From NCBI GenBank assembly GCA_963847285.1, contig CAWJZK010000016.1:6356-70355 (forward strand): a DNA stretch of 64,000 nucleotides. The letters are read 5' to 3'. Below, piece by piece: positions 1 through 9,768 of this stretch (its first letter is position 1; every line of letters begins with the position of its first letter). Source of the stretch: an uncultured Actinomycetota bacterium. GTDB lineage: Bacteria; Actinomycetota; Actinomycetes; Actinomycetales; Microbacteriaceae. The position numbers were made by a program, and so were the translations under genes. The notes beneath the pieces are model-generated. The model was not told where the DNA came from and ran no database searches. It saw nothing but the letters and a program-made list of their open reading frames with translations.

Positions 1-96
1 CGCAGTGCGGATCCACGCGAGGAACGTGCGCTCGTTCGCGAGGGTGAACCGGTAGTCGGGATCCTCGCCCTCGTGCCGCCACGCCGGTTCAGGCAT
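1..96 (-). CDS. DUF202/YidH-family small membrane protein, N-terminal part (runs off window start)
   Basis: Manual translation from ATG at 96: [32 protein letters not shown]; [13 protein letters not shown] is the DUF202 signature. Not in the ORF track. Confidence 0.85.
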   Translation of the reverse strand, partial: MPEPAWRHEGEDPDYRFTLANERTFLAWIRTA

Positions 97-131
97 CCGC
101 TCGCTCCTCGCCATCGGTCACCTGCCTGCGC

Positions 132-1592
132 TCAGTGCGAGGAGGGCGTGGTCTCGATCTCGGTGCGGTCGCCCGACCACAGCGTGTGGAACACGCCCGG
201 CTTGTCGACGCGCTTGTAGGTGTGCGCGCCGAAGAAGTCGCGAAGGCCCTGCACGAGGGCGGCGGGCAGGCGCTTCGCGCGGAGACCGTCGTAGTAGGCG
301 AGCGACGAAGAGAACACCGGGGTCGGGATGCCGGCCTGCGCCGCGATCCCGACGACGCGGCGCCAGCTCTCCTGCGTGCCCGCGATGGCGTCGCGGAAGT
401 ACGGCGCGACGACGAGCGCGGGGAGGGCGGGATCGTCGGCATAGGCCTCGACGATGCGGTTCAGGAGGCGGGCGCGGATGATGCAGCCGGCACGCCAGAT
501 CTTCGCGATGTCGCCCTTGTGGATGTCCCAGTTGAACTGCTCGGCGCCCGCGATGATCAGGTCGAATCCCTGCGAGTACGCGATGATCTTCGACGCGTAG
601 AGGGCGCGGCGCACCTCTTCGATGAACATGTCCTGGTCTTCGGGGGCGACCTTCCACTCGCTCGACGGACCCGGCAGGTCGGTCGCGGCATCGCGCTGCG
701 CCCGCCTCGAGGAGAGGCTGCGGGCGAAGACCGCCTCGGCGATGCCGGAGACCGGCACGCCGATGTCGAGGGCGTTCTGCACGGTCCAGGCACCGGTGCC
801 CTTGGCTTCGGCCTCATCGAGGATGACGTCGACGAGGGGCATGCCGGTCGCGGCATCCGTCTGGCGCAGCACGTCGGCGGTGATCTCGATGAGGTAGCTC
901 TCGAGCTCGCCCGTGTTCCACTCGGCGAAGACGTCGGCGATCTCGGCGGGCGACCTGCCGGTGCCCTGGCGGATGAGGTCGTACGCCTCGGAGATGAGCT
1001 GCATGTCGGAGTACTCGATGCCGTTGTGCACCATCTTCACGAAGTGGCCGGCGCCGTCGGTGCCGACGTGGGTGACGCAGGGCTCGCCCTCGGCGACCGC
1101 GGCGATCGACGCGAGGATCGGGCCGAGGGTCTTGTAGGACTCGACGCTGCCGCCGGGCATGATCGACGGTCCGTGGAGGGCGCCCTCCTCGCCGCCCGAG
1201 ATGCCGGTACCCACGAAGTGGATGCCGGTGGGTCTGATCTCGGCCTCGCGGCGGATCGTGTCGTGGAAGTTCGAGTTGCCCCCGTCGACGATGATGTCGC
1301 CCGGCTCGAACCGGCTGACCAGTTCGGAGATCACGGCGTCGGTGGCCTTGCCGGCCTGCACCATGATGAGCGCCGTGCGGGGCTTCGCGAGGGAGGCGAC
1401 GAAGTCGTCGTAGCTCTCGGACGCGACGAAGTCGGCCTCGGGATGCTCGGAGGTGAGCGTGTGGGTGCGCCCGGGCGAGCGGTTGAACACGGCGACCGTG
1501 TTGCCCTCGCGGCTCGCGAGGTTGCGAGCGAGGTTCGAACCCATGACCGCGAGTCCGACGACGCCGATGTTGGCTGATTGGGTTCCAGGCAC
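132..1592 (-). CDS. gndA: NADP-dependent 6-phosphogluconate dehydrogenase (decarboxylating)
   Basis: IGVVGLAVMGSNLA, ISGGEEGA, FVKMVHNGIEY, IWRAGCIIRA, RDFFGAHTY motifs; GTG start at 1592 after GAGGAG SD. Confidence 0.97.
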   Translation of the reverse strand: MPGTQSANIGVVGLAVMGSNLARNLASREGNTVAVFNRSPGRTHTLTSEHPEADFVASESYDDFVASLAKPRTALIMVQAGKATDAVISELVSRFEPGDIIVDGGNSNFHDTIRREAEIRPTGIHFVGTGISGGEEGALHGPSIMPGGSVESYKTLGPILASIAAVAEGEPCVTHVGTDGAGHFVKMVHNGIEYSDMQLISEAYDLIRQGTGRSPAEIADVFAEWNTGELESYLIEITADVLRQTDAATGMPLVDVILDEAEAKGTGAWTVQNALDIGVPVSGIAEAVFARSLSSRRAQRDAATDLPGPSSEWKVAPEDQDMFIEEVRRALYASKIIAYSQGFDLIIAGAEQFNWDIHKGDIAKIWRAGCIIRARLLNRIVEAYADDPALPALVVAPYFRDAIAGTQESWRRVVGIAAQAGIPTPVFSSSLAYYDGLRAKRLPAALVQGLRDFFGAHTYKRVDKPGVFHTLWSGDRTEIETTPSSH

Positions 1593-1668
1593 GATGCTCT
1601 CCTCGAGAATGTGTGGGTTGCTCCAGCGTACTGCGAGCGCGGCGCAGCGTCGCGCTAGCCTGCAACGC

Positions 1669-2199
1669 ATGACCGTGGCATCCGACTCCGTCCCGCACAT
1701 CGTCGTGATGGGGCCGAGCGGGGCAGGCAAGTCGGTCGTGGGCGCCGCGCTCGCGGAGCGCCTCGCGGTCCGGTTCCCGGGACTCGACTTCGTCGACGCC
1801 GACGCCCTGCATCCGGCGGCGAACGTCGAGAAGATGCGCGCCGGCATTCCGCTCAGCGACGAGGACCGTGCGCCATGGCTGCGTCTCGTGGGCGAGACGC
1901 TCGTCGCGGGCGAGCGGGGGCGGGTCATCGCCTGTTCGGCGCTGCGGCGCGGCTACCGCGACCTGATCCGCAGCGGATGCCCCGACGCCGTCTTCCTCGA
2001 ACTCACCGTGCCGCGGCGCGAACTCGAAGCGCGCGTCTCCGATCGACCGGGCCATTTCATGCCGGCGGGGTTGCTCGACTCTCAGCTCGACTCGCTCGAA
2101 CCGCTCGGGTCCGACGAACGGGGGGTGCGGATCGAGAACACCGGCGAGCTCGAGACGGTCGTCGCGCAGGCGATCGAGGCACTCGGAGCGGACTGGTAG
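1669..2199 (+). CDS. Gluconokinase (GntK/IdnK type)
   Basis: VMGPSGAGKS P-loop, DADALHP, GIPLSDEDRAPWL, ACSALRR, HFMPAGLLDSQL; TAGCCT -10 7 nt before ATG; divergent from gndA. Confidence 0.93.
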   Translation: MTVASDSVPHIVVMGPSGAGKSVVGAALAERLAVRFPGLDFVDADALHPAANVEKMRAGIPLSDEDRAPWLRLVGETLVAGERGRVIACSALRRGYRDLIRSGCPDAVFLELTVPRRELEARVSDRPGHFMPAGLLDSQLDSLEPLGSDERGVRIENTGELETVVAQAIEALGADW

Positions 2200-2420
2200 A
2201 CTTGCTCCTCGGTCACGCGCCTTCGGGTTCGAGTGGCCGAGAACTTCGGCGAGGGAGGCCCTCACCGCCCGTGCGAACGGGCGGCGGGGCATCCGTGATC
2301 GACGCGGTAGGAGCAGGCTCCACGGCTTTTCCTCACGCTATTGCGCACATCGGTGCGCGCGTTCGAGTCGAAACATCAGACACACGATCTGGGCCGAGAG
2401 AGCCCGCAAGGAGAGACACC
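2197..2420 (+). promoter_or_regulatory. rplY promoter (extended -10 TGGTAGACT) and about 210-nt structured 5' leader
   Basis: TAGACT at 2197-2202; stems CTCGGTCAC/GTGGCCGAG, CCGCCCGT-GCGA-ACGGGCGG (GNRA loop), CCGTG/CACGG. Confidence 0.55.
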
Positions 2421-3065
2421 ATGGACGAAGACAACAAAGTCGTCGCCGACCCGCGCGAGTCGTTCGGCAAGGGCGCGGCCCGCAAGCTCCGCGCCACCGG
2501 CAAGATCCCCGCGGTGATCTACGGCCACGGCACCGACCCGAAGCACGTGGCGCTGCCCGCCCACCAGGTCGGCCTGCTCATCCGCAAGGCGAACGCCGTG
2601 CTCGACCTGCAGATCGACGGCAAGAGCCAGCTCGCCCTCGTGAAGGACGTGCAGAAGGACCCGGTGCGCCAGGTCATCGAGCACCTCGACCTCATCGTCG
2701 TGCGCCGCGGCGAGAAGGTCCAGGTCGAGGTGCCCGTGCACCTCTCCGGCGAGTCGTTCCCCGGAACGATCGCCGACCTCGACGCCAAGACGCTCTCGCT
2801 CGAGGCCGAGGCCATGAACATCCCCGAGAACATCGTGGTCGACATCGAGGGCCTCGAAGAGGGCAGCCAGATCCACGCGAAGAACGTCGAGCTGCCCGCC
2901 GGCTCCACGCTTCTCAGCGACCCCGAAACCCTCGTCGTGCTCGTGCACGTGCCGCAGAAGGTCGACCTCGGCGAGGAGGCCGCCGCTGAGGCTGTCGAGG
3001 AGGCCGAGGGCGAGGCTGCCGAGGCGCCCGCCGAAGAGGCTGCCGCGGCCGAGTCCGCCGAGTAG
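2421..3065 (+). CDS. rplY: 50S ribosomal protein L25 / general stress protein Ctc
   Basis: FGKGAARKLRATGKIPAVIYGHG, VKDVQKDPV, acidic Ala/Glu tail; AAGGAG SD; upstream of pth. Confidence 0.96.
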   Translation: MDEDNKVVADPRESFGKGAARKLRATGKIPAVIYGHGTDPKHVALPAHQVGLLIRKANAVLDLQIDGKSQLALVKDVQKDPVRQVIEHLDLIVVRRGEKVQVEVPVHLSGESFPGTIADLDAKTLSLEAEAMNIPENIVVDIEGLEEGSQIHAKNVELPAGSTLLSDPETLVVLVHVPQKVDLGEEAAAEAVEEAEGEAAEAPAEEAAAAESAE

Positions 3066-3180
3066 CCACTCGAGCCTCACGGGGCCTGCGGCGCCGCATC
3101 CGGGTACCCTCGGAGTGCGGGGCCGCAGGCCTTCGCCGTACCATGCTCTGGGCTCGAGTGCTCGGGGGCTCGGTGCGGAT

Positions 3181-3228
3181 CGCTCATCGCTCATCGCTCA
3201 TTCGCTCATTCGCTCATTCGCTCGTTCG
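3181..3228 (+). repeat. Short tandem repeat CGCTCAT(T) x6 upstream of pth
   Basis: cgctcat cgctcat cgctcatt cgctcatt cgctcatt cgctcgtt read directly. Confidence 0.9.
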
Positions 3229-3282
3229 GGAGGTTCCGTGGGATTCCTCGAACGGCTGCGCCCCCGCCGGAAGGACGAGACC

Positions 3283-3867
3283 GTGGCCGAGAACACCTGG
3301 CTCGTCGTCGGCCTCGGCAACCCCGGTGCGCAGTACGCCGGCAACCGGCACAACGTCGGCCAGATGGTGGCCGATGAGCTCGCCGCTCGCCTCGGCGCGA
3401 CCTTCAAGAGCCACAAGACGCCCGCGCGGGTGGCCGAGGGCTTCATCCGGCCCGGGGGTCCGAAGCTGATCGTCGCAAAACCGAACGGCTACATGAACAC
3501 CTCGGGCGGGCCCGTCTCGGCGCTGCTCAAGTTCTACTCGCTGCCCGTCGAGCGGCTGATCATCGTGCACGACGAGCTCGACATCCCGTTCGACACCGTG
3601 CGGTTGAAGCAGGGCGGCGGCCATGGCGGCCACAACGGCATCCGGGATGTCTCGAAGGCCACCGACTCCGGTGCCTTCACCCGCGTGCGGGTCGGCATCG
3701 GCCGCCCTCCCGGGCGGCAGGACGCGGCGGATTTCGTGCTGAAGGACTTCTCCGCCACCGAACGGCAGGCACTCCCGAACCTGCTGTCGGATGCCGCCGA
3801 CGCCGTCGAGGCGGTCGCGAGCGACGGGCTCGTCGCGGCACAGCAGCGGTTCCACTCGCCGGCCTGA
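3283..3867 (+). CDS. pth: Peptidyl-tRNA hydrolase (alternative GTG start at 3238)
   Basis: LVVGLGNPG, NRHNVG, YMNTSG, VHDELD, GGHGGHNG, RVRVGIGRP. Confidence 0.97.
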   Translation: MAENTWLVVGLGNPGAQYAGNRHNVGQMVADELAARLGATFKSHKTPARVAEGFIRPGGPKLIVAKPNGYMNTSGGPVSALLKFYSLPVERLIIVHDELDIPFDTVRLKQGGGHGGHNGIRDVSKATDSGAFTRVRVGIGRPPGRQDAADFVLKDFSATERQALPNLLSDAADAVEAVASDGLVAAQQRFHSPA

Positions 3868-3899
3868 GGCGAGGCGCGCCCTGAGGCGGGCGCGGCCGA

Positions 3900-4592
3900 T
3901 CAGATCAGGCCGCGGAGGAAGTCCTCGGGGGAGACCCCCTCAGCCCGGGCGCGCTGCACGAGGCGCTCGTGCTCTTCGGTCGAGAGCTCGATCGTGAGCG
4001 CGTGCCAGGCGTCGGGCGCTTCGTCGAGCGCGAAGAGCGCGTCGTCGTCGGTCAGGGGCTCGAGGTCGTCCCGCTCGCGCGGCTGGAATCCGATCAGCGT
4101 GTCGGACCCGAGCGGTGCGGATGCCACGCCATCGCGGGTCCAGCCGGGACCTGACGGGATCTCGCCCCCGCGCTGGTAGGCCTCGGCGACCGCTCGGGCT
4201 CTCGTGTCGGCAGCCTCGTTCAGCGGATGCCCCACATGGCCCCGCACCCACTCGAACCGGTATCGGCGGCCGGCGAGCGCCGCGTCGAGTTCCTGGATCA
4301 GGTCGACGTTCATGACCGGCTTGCCGTCGGCCTTGCGCCAGCCCTTGCGCTTCCATCCGGGAAGCCACTTCGTGACCGCGTTGATCACGTACTGGCTGTC
4401 GCACTGCACGAGCAGCGCGTCGTCGAGGTGCGCGGTCGCGCGGAACAGTTCGAGCACCGCCTTCAGTTCCGCCTGGTTGTTGGTCGCATGCTTCCAGCCC
4501 CCCGCGGCCCAGCAGTCGTCGTCGACGTACCACGCCCAGCCGGCGGGACCCGGGTTTCCGAGGGCGGATCCGTCGGCTGCTGCGGTGATCAC
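3900..4592 (-). CDS. rnhA: Ribonuclease HI with C-terminal extension
   Basis: AADGSALGNPGPAGW, TNNQAEL, DSQYVIN, WKRKGW, WVRGHVGHPLNEAAD. Confidence 0.92.
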   Translation of the reverse strand: MITAAADGSALGNPGPAGWAWYVDDDCWAAGGWKHATNNQAELKAVLELFRATAHLDDALLVQCDSQYVINAVTKWLPGWKRKGWRKADGKPVMNVDLIQELDAALAGRRYRFEWVRGHVGHPLNEAADTRARAVAEAYQRGGEIPSGPGWTRDGVASAPLGSDTLIGFQPRERDDLEPLTDDDALFALDEAPDAWHALTIELSTEEHERLVQRARAEGVSPEDFLRGLI

Positions 4593-4695
4593 GTGGTGCC
4601 TCCCAGGGTGTGCGCGGTCAGTCGCCCATCGTATCCGGAGCGTGAGCGCCGAGGCTCCCAGCCGACATGACGGAGGCGCCGCGTAGACTCGACTG

Positions 4696-7600
4696 GTGAA
4701 TCTCCAGGGCTTTCTCACGGCGCTTTCGCGCGCCTCCACGATCGACGGCGCGCTCGCCGAAGCCCTCCGGAACGCCGACTTCTCGGCCCCGTCCGGCCTC
4801 GATGCGCCCCTGCTCGCCGGACTTCTGCAGCGCCGCGCCGACGCGGGCCTGCCGCCGGCGCTTCTCGTCATCACGGCGACGAGCCGTGAGGGCGAGTCGC
4901 TGCGCGCCTCGCTCGCGCCGTACCTGCCCGACGCAGAGATCCTCGAGTTCCCCGCGTGGGAGACACTGCCGCACGAGCGGCTGAGCCCGTCGGCCGAGAC
5001 GGTGGGGCGGCGCCTCCATGCGCTGCGTCGCATGCACGACTGGGCTGCGGCCGGCTCGCGGCATCCGCTCGTCATCGTCGCCTCGGTGCGCGCGGCGCTG
5101 CAGCCGCTCGCCGACAATCTCGCCGAGCTCGAGCCGATCGAACTCGTCGCCGGCGGGCGCGGCTACAACCTCGCGGAGCTCGCCGTGCAGCTCGTCGACC
5201 TCGCGTATGCCCGAGTCGACATGGTCGCCCGCCGCGGCGAGTTCGCCGTGCGCGGCGGCATCCTCGACGTCTTCCCGCCGACCGCCGACCATCCCGTGCG
5301 CGTCGAGTTCTTCGGCGACGAGGTCGAGGAGCTCCGCGCGTTCTCGGTCGCCGACCAGCGTTCGCTTCCCGAGCCCGTCGAGCGGATGAGCCTCGCGCCG
5401 AGCCGGGAGCTCCTGCTCACGGCTCCCGTGCGGCAGCGCGCGCGCGAGATGGTGCACGAGTTCCCGAGTCTCGCGGGGCTGCTCGAGAAGGTCGCAGAGG
5501 GCATCCCCGTCGACGGCATGGAGTCCCTCGCGCCCGCGCTGCTCGACCGGCTCGTGCCGCTCACCCACTACCTGCCCGAGGGCGCAGCGGTCGCCGTGCT
5601 CGCGCCCGAACGGGTGGCCGGTCGCGCGGTGAGCCTCGGCGAGACGAATCGCGAGTTCCTCGGGGCGGCGTGGAGCGCCGCGACCGCGGGCGCCGAGGCG
5701 CCCATCGACCTCGAGGCGGGCGACTTCCTCAGCGTTCGGCAGCTTCGGGATGCCGCGCTCTTCAGCGCACCCGGCGAGCCCGACCCCCGACGCGTGTGGT
5801 GGAACTTCTCGACGTTCGACATCGGCGACGCCGCCGAGGTCGTCGCCGCGTCCGGCGGCGAGGCGGTCGACGCTGCATCGACTTCGGCGGCGTCCACTGC
5901 GACGACGATTCGGCTCGCCGCGAACGCGATGCCGAGCTTCCAGGGCAACGTCGCCGGCGCGGTCGACCATGCCGGCGAACGTCTGCGCGACGGGTGGAGC
6001 CTCGTCGTGGCATCCGCAGGTCACGGTCTCGTCGAGCGCGCGCGCGACGTGCTCGCCGAGGCGGGGCTCGCGGCCCGAGTCGTCGACGACGTGCCGGCCC
6101 AGCTCGAGGCCGGTGTCGCCTACCTCGTGCAGGCCGACGCGGCGCGCGGCTACGAGGTGCCCGAGGTGAAGCTCGGCCTCATCTCCGAGGCCGAGTTCTA
6201 CGGGCGCGCCGCGGGGTACGACACGCGGCAGGGCAAGAAGCTCGCAAGCCGCCGGCGAAACGTCGTCGACCCGCTGCAACTGAAGGCCGGCGATTACGTC
6301 GTGCACCAGACCCACGGCATCGGCCGGTTCGTCGAGATGATGCAGCGCGAGGTCGCGACCGGCTCGAGACCCACCGGGCCGAGCCGCACCGCAGGCATCA
6401 AGCAGGCGCCCACCGCGGTGCGCGAATACCTCGTGCTCGAGTACGCGCCGTCGAAGCGCGGGCACCCGGGCGACCGGCTCTTCGTGCCCACCGACCAGCT
6501 CGACCTGCTTTCGCGCTACGTCGGCGGTGAGGCGCCGTCGCTCTCGAAGATGGGCGGCAGCGACTGGGCGCAGGCGAAGGGACGGGCCCGCAGGGCGGTG
6601 CGCGACATCGCCGTCGAGCTCGTGAAGCTCTACTCGGCGCGCATGGCGTCGAAGGGCCACGCGTTCGGCCCCGACACGCCCTGGCAGCAGGAGCTCGAGG
6701 AGGCGTTCCCCTTCGTCGAGACGCCCGACCAGGTGCAGACGATCGACGAGGTGAAGGCCGACATGGAGCGGTCGATCCCCATGGACCGCCTGCTCGCCGG
6801 CGATGTCGGATTCGGCAAGACCGAGGTCGCCGTGCGCGCGGCCTTCAAGGCGATCCAAGACGGCAAGCAGGTCGCGATGCTCGTGCCGACGACGCTGCTC
6901 GTGAAGCAGCACTTCGAGACGTTCAGCGAGCGGTTCGCCGGATTCCCCGTGCACGTGCGCGCGCTCAGCCGCTTCCAGACCGACAAGGAGGCGCGCGAGA
7001 CCATCGCGGGCCTCGCCGACGGCACGGTCGACATGGTCATCGGCACGCACCGCATCCTCACCGAGCAGGTGCGGTTCAAAGACGTGGGCCTCCTCATCAT
7101 CGACGAGGAGCAGCGCTTCGGGGTCGAGCACAAAGACGCGCTGAAGAAGCTGAAGACGAACGTCGACATCCTCGCGATGAGCGCGACGCCGATCCCGCGC
7201 ACGCTCGAGATGGCGGTCACCGGCATCCGAGAGATGTCGACCCTTGCGACGCCTCCGGAAGACCGGCATCCGATCCTCACCTTCGTGGGCCCGTACTCCG
7301 AGCAGCAGACCGCCGCGGCCATCCGCCGCGAGATGCTGCGCGAGGGGCAGGTGTTCTTCGTGCACAACCGGGTGTCGTCGATCAACCGCGTGGCGGCGCA
7401 ACTCGCCGAACTCGTGCCCGAGGCGCGCATCGCGGTCGCGCACGGCCAGCTCAACGAGCATGTGCTCGAACAGATCGTCGTCGACTTCTGGGAGCGCAAG
7501 TTCGACGTGCTCGTCTCGACGACGATCATCGAGACCGGCCTCGACATCACGAATGCGAACACCATCATCATCGACCGCGCCGACAAGTACGGCCTCTCCC

Positions 7601-8436
7601 AACTGCACCAGCTGCGCGGGCGTGTCGGCCGCGGTCGCGAGCGGGCGTACGCGTACTTCCTCTACGACCCCGCGAAGCCGCTCTCCGAGACGGCGCTCGA
7701 CCGGCTCTCGACGATCGCGGCGAACAACGAGCTCGGCAGCGGAACGCAGGTCGCGCTGAAAGACCTCGAGATCCGTGGCGCCGGCAACCTCCTCGGCGCC
7801 CAGCAGGCCGGTCACATCGCGGGTGTCGGCTTCGACCTCTACCTCCGCATGATCGGCGAGGCGGTCTCGGCATTCCGGGGCGACGTCGCCGAGGGGCAGA
7901 CCGAGCTCCGGCTCGAACTGCCGGTCGACGCGCATATCCCCGAAGACTACGTCGACAGCGAGCGGCTGCGGCTCGAGGCGTACCAGAAGCTCTCGGCCGC
8001 GAGCGGCCCCGCCGCGAAGGAGGGGCAGATCGACGCGGTGCTCGACGAACTCGTCGACCGCTACGGCGCACCGCCCGAGGCGGTCAAGCACCTCATCGCC
8101 ATCTCGCGGCTCCGCAGGCGCGCGCAGCTCGCGGGGCTCTCCGACGTCATCGCCACGGGTTCGAAGCTCCGCATCGCCCCGGCGAAGATCCCCGACTCGC
8201 GCCGGGTTCGGCTCGAGCGCATGTACCCGGGCGCGAAGCACTTCGCCCAGAACGACGTCATCCTGGTGCCGTTCCCGACGCCAGGCGGCGAGTCGCCGAG
8301 TGACGCCGACCTCATCGAATGGGTGTCCCGGCTCATCGCGACGATCTTCCCGGTGCCCGAGGCGGAGCCGGCGGATGCGGCGGCTGCCGCGGCGCGCCTG
8401 CGTCGAGCCGCCGCCGGACTGAGCCGGCGGGTCTGA
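4696..8436 (+). CDS. mfd: Transcription-repair coupling factor
   Basis: FPAWETLPHE, RGGILDVFP, VVHQTHGIG, GDVGFGKTEVA, DEEQRFGV, QLRGRVGR, DLEIRGAGNLLG; TAGACT -10 6 nt before GTG. Confidence 0.98.
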   Translation: MNLQGFLTALSRASTIDGALAEALRNADFSAPSGLDAPLLAGLLQRRADAGLPPALLVITATSREGESLRASLAPYLPDAEILEFPAWETLPHERLSPSAETVGRRLHALRRMHDWAAAGSRHPLVIVASVRAALQPLADNLAELEPIELVAGGRGYNLAELAVQLVDLAYARVDMVARRGEFAVRGGILDVFPPTADHPVRVEFFGDEVEELRAFSVADQRSLPEPVERMSLAPSRELLLTAPVRQRAREMVHEFPSLAGLLEKVAEGIPVDGMESLAPALLDRLVPLTHYLPEGAAVAVLAPERVAGRAVSLGETNREFLGAAWSAATAGAEAPIDLEAGDFLSVRQLRDAALFSAPGEPDPRRVWWNFSTFDIGDAAEVVAASGGEAVDAASTSAASTATTIRLAANAMPSFQGNVAGAVDHAGERLRDGWSLVVASAGHGLVERARDVLAEAGLAARVVDDVPAQLEAGVAYLVQADAARGYEVPEVKLGLISEAEFYGRAAGYDTRQGKKLASRRRNVVDPLQLKAGDYVVHQTHGIGRFVEMMQREVATGSRPTGPSRTAGIKQAPTAVREYLVLEYAPSKRGHPGDRLFVPTDQLDLLSRYVGGEAPSLSKMGGSDWAQAKGRARRAVRDIAVELVKLYSARMASKGHAFGPDTPWQQELEEAFPFVETPDQVQTIDEVKADMERSIPMDRLLAGDVGFGKTEVAVRAAFKAIQDGKQVAMLVPTTLLVKQHFETFSERFAGFPVHVRALSRFQTDKEARETIAGLADGTVDMVIGTHRILTEQVRFKDVGLLIIDEEQRFGVEHKDALKKLKTNVDILAMSATPIPRTLEMAVTGIREMSTLATPPEDRHPILTFVGPYSEQQTAAAIRREMLREGQVFFVHNRVSSINRVAAQLAELVPEARIAVAHGQLNEHVLEQIVVDFWERKFDVLVSTTIIETGLDITNANTIIIDRADKYGLSQLHQLRGRVGRGRERAYAYFLYDPAKPLSETALDRLSTIAANNELGSGTQVALKDLEIRGAGNLLGAQQAGHIAGVGFDLYLRMIGEAVSAFRGDVAEGQTELRLELPVDAHIPEDYVDSERLRLEAYQKLSAASGPAAKEGQIDAVLDELVDRYGAPPEAVKHLIAISRLRRRAQLAGLSDVIATGSKLRIAPAKIPDSRRVRLERMYPGAKHFAQNDVILVPFPTPGGESPSDADLIEWVSRLIATIFPVPEAEPADAAAAAARLRRAAAGLSRRV

Positions 8437-8457
8437 CGCCGGCTGCCTGGACGCCGC

Positions 8458-9657
8458 TCATCGCGAGAACGCCCCGCCGACGCCGGCGTGACCGCCGTGC
8501 CGCCGGTACTGGGCCGACCGCATACCGACGAACACCGCCGACAGCACGATGGCCACACCCGAGCCGAGCAGCACCCCCAGGGTGCCTTCGTCCGCGACCT
8601 CGGGCAGGCCGGCGAACGCGAGCTCGTTCATGAGAAGCGACACCGTGAACCCGATGCCGCCGAGCGCGCCGACCGTGAGGAGGTCGCCGAGCGTGAGCGC
8701 GTGGCCCCCGCGGCGCTTCGTGAAGAGGCTGCCGAGTCCGCCGGCCACCATGATGCCGACGATCTTGCCGACCGGCAGTCCGACGAGGATGCCCCAGAAC
8801 GCCGGGTCGAGCTCGCTCGGCCGCACCTGCGGCACGACGACCATCGCCGCCGAGAATGCGAAGAGCGGCAGGATGATGCCGTTCGAATACGGTTCGAGCA
8901 CGTGCGCCGCGCGGCCCGCAGGGCGCCTCGCCATCACGAGGCCGAGGGCGACGCCCGCGATCGTCGCGTGCACGCCCGAGCGGTAGACGAAGTACCACGC
9001 GAGCGCGCCGAGCACGAGAAGCGCGACGACGATCGGCCATTGCGGCCGCCGCGAGAGGATCCACCCCGACCGCGGCTTCAGCATGCGGCTCACCAAGCCG
9101 AAGAGCGCGATCGCGATTGCCGCGAAGCCGAGCGATGCGAGATCGGCGGTGTTCGTGAAGAAGAAGGCGATGATGAGGATCGCGATGAGGTCGTCGAGCA
9201 CCGCGAGGGCGAGGAGGAACACACGCACGCGGGTCGGGATCCATCGCCCGAACATCGCGAGCACGCCGAGCGCGAACGCGATGTCGGTCGCGGTCGGGAT
9301 CGGCCAGCCGTCGATCGTGTCGGTGCCGGCGGTGAATCCGACGAAGATCAGGGCGGGCACGACGACACCGCCGACCGCGGCGATCGCCGGCAGGAGGGCC
9401 TTCGAGAGGCTGTTGAGTTCGCCGATGACGAGCTCGCGCCGCAGCTCGACGGCGACGATGAAGAAGAAGATCGCGAGCAGGCCGTCACTGATCCAGTGCT
9501 CGACCGAGAGGTCGAGCCCGAGTTGCGGGAGGTCGAGGTGGGCTTCGTTCAGTGAAATCACCGCCGCGCCGAACGGCAGGTTCGCGACGAGCAGTCCGAG
9601 CACTGCGGCGACGAGGAGCAGCACTGCGGCGGTGCGCTCGGAGCGGAGGATGTTCAT
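8458..9657 (-). CDS. nhaA: Na+/H+ antiporter NhaA
   Basis: WISDGLLAIFFF, GWPIPTATDIAFALG, LAVLDDL, SGVHATIAGV, GIGFTVSL. Confidence 0.96.
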   Translation of the reverse strand: MNILRSERTAAVLLLVAAVLGLLVANLPFGAAVISLNEAHLDLPQLGLDLSVEHWISDGLLAIFFFIVAVELRRELVIGELNSLSKALLPAIAAVGGVVVPALIFVGFTAGTDTIDGWPIPTATDIAFALGVLAMFGRWIPTRVRVFLLALAVLDDLIAILIIAFFFTNTADLASLGFAAIAIALFGLVSRMLKPRSGWILSRRPQWPIVVALLVLGALAWYFVYRSGVHATIAGVALGLVMARRPAGRAAHVLEPYSNGIILPLFAFSAAMVVVPQVRPSELDPAFWGILVGLPVGKIVGIMVAGGLGSLFTKRRGGHALTLGDLLTVGALGGIGFTVSLLMNELAFAGLPEVADEGTLGVLLGSGVAIVLSAVFVGMRSAQYRRHGGHAGVGGAFSR

Positions 9658-9727
9658 GGGACTCCAGGTGAGAAGTCGCGGCGCATGCGGGCCGGAGGCC
9701 GCATGACGACGTCGGAAGGATGACTGC

Positions 9728-9768
9728 GACGGACTCCCGTCGGCCGACCAGACTTCCCGGCACTCCTC
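9728..9768 (-). promoter_or_regulatory. Candidate cation-sensing riboswitch-like leader of nhaA
   Basis: Minus strand GAGGAGTGCCGGGAAGTCTGGTCGGCCGACGGGAGTCCGTC begins just after a TAGGAT -10 box (9774-9779). Confidence 0.5.

Noticed and set aside
4618-8241. 1207-aa antisense ORF over mfd, and similar shadow ORFs (e.g. 43436-45655, 22249-25098, 49343-51184)
   Set aside because: Expected from stop-codon scarcity at high GC; no recognisable motifs, and they overlap well-supported genes.
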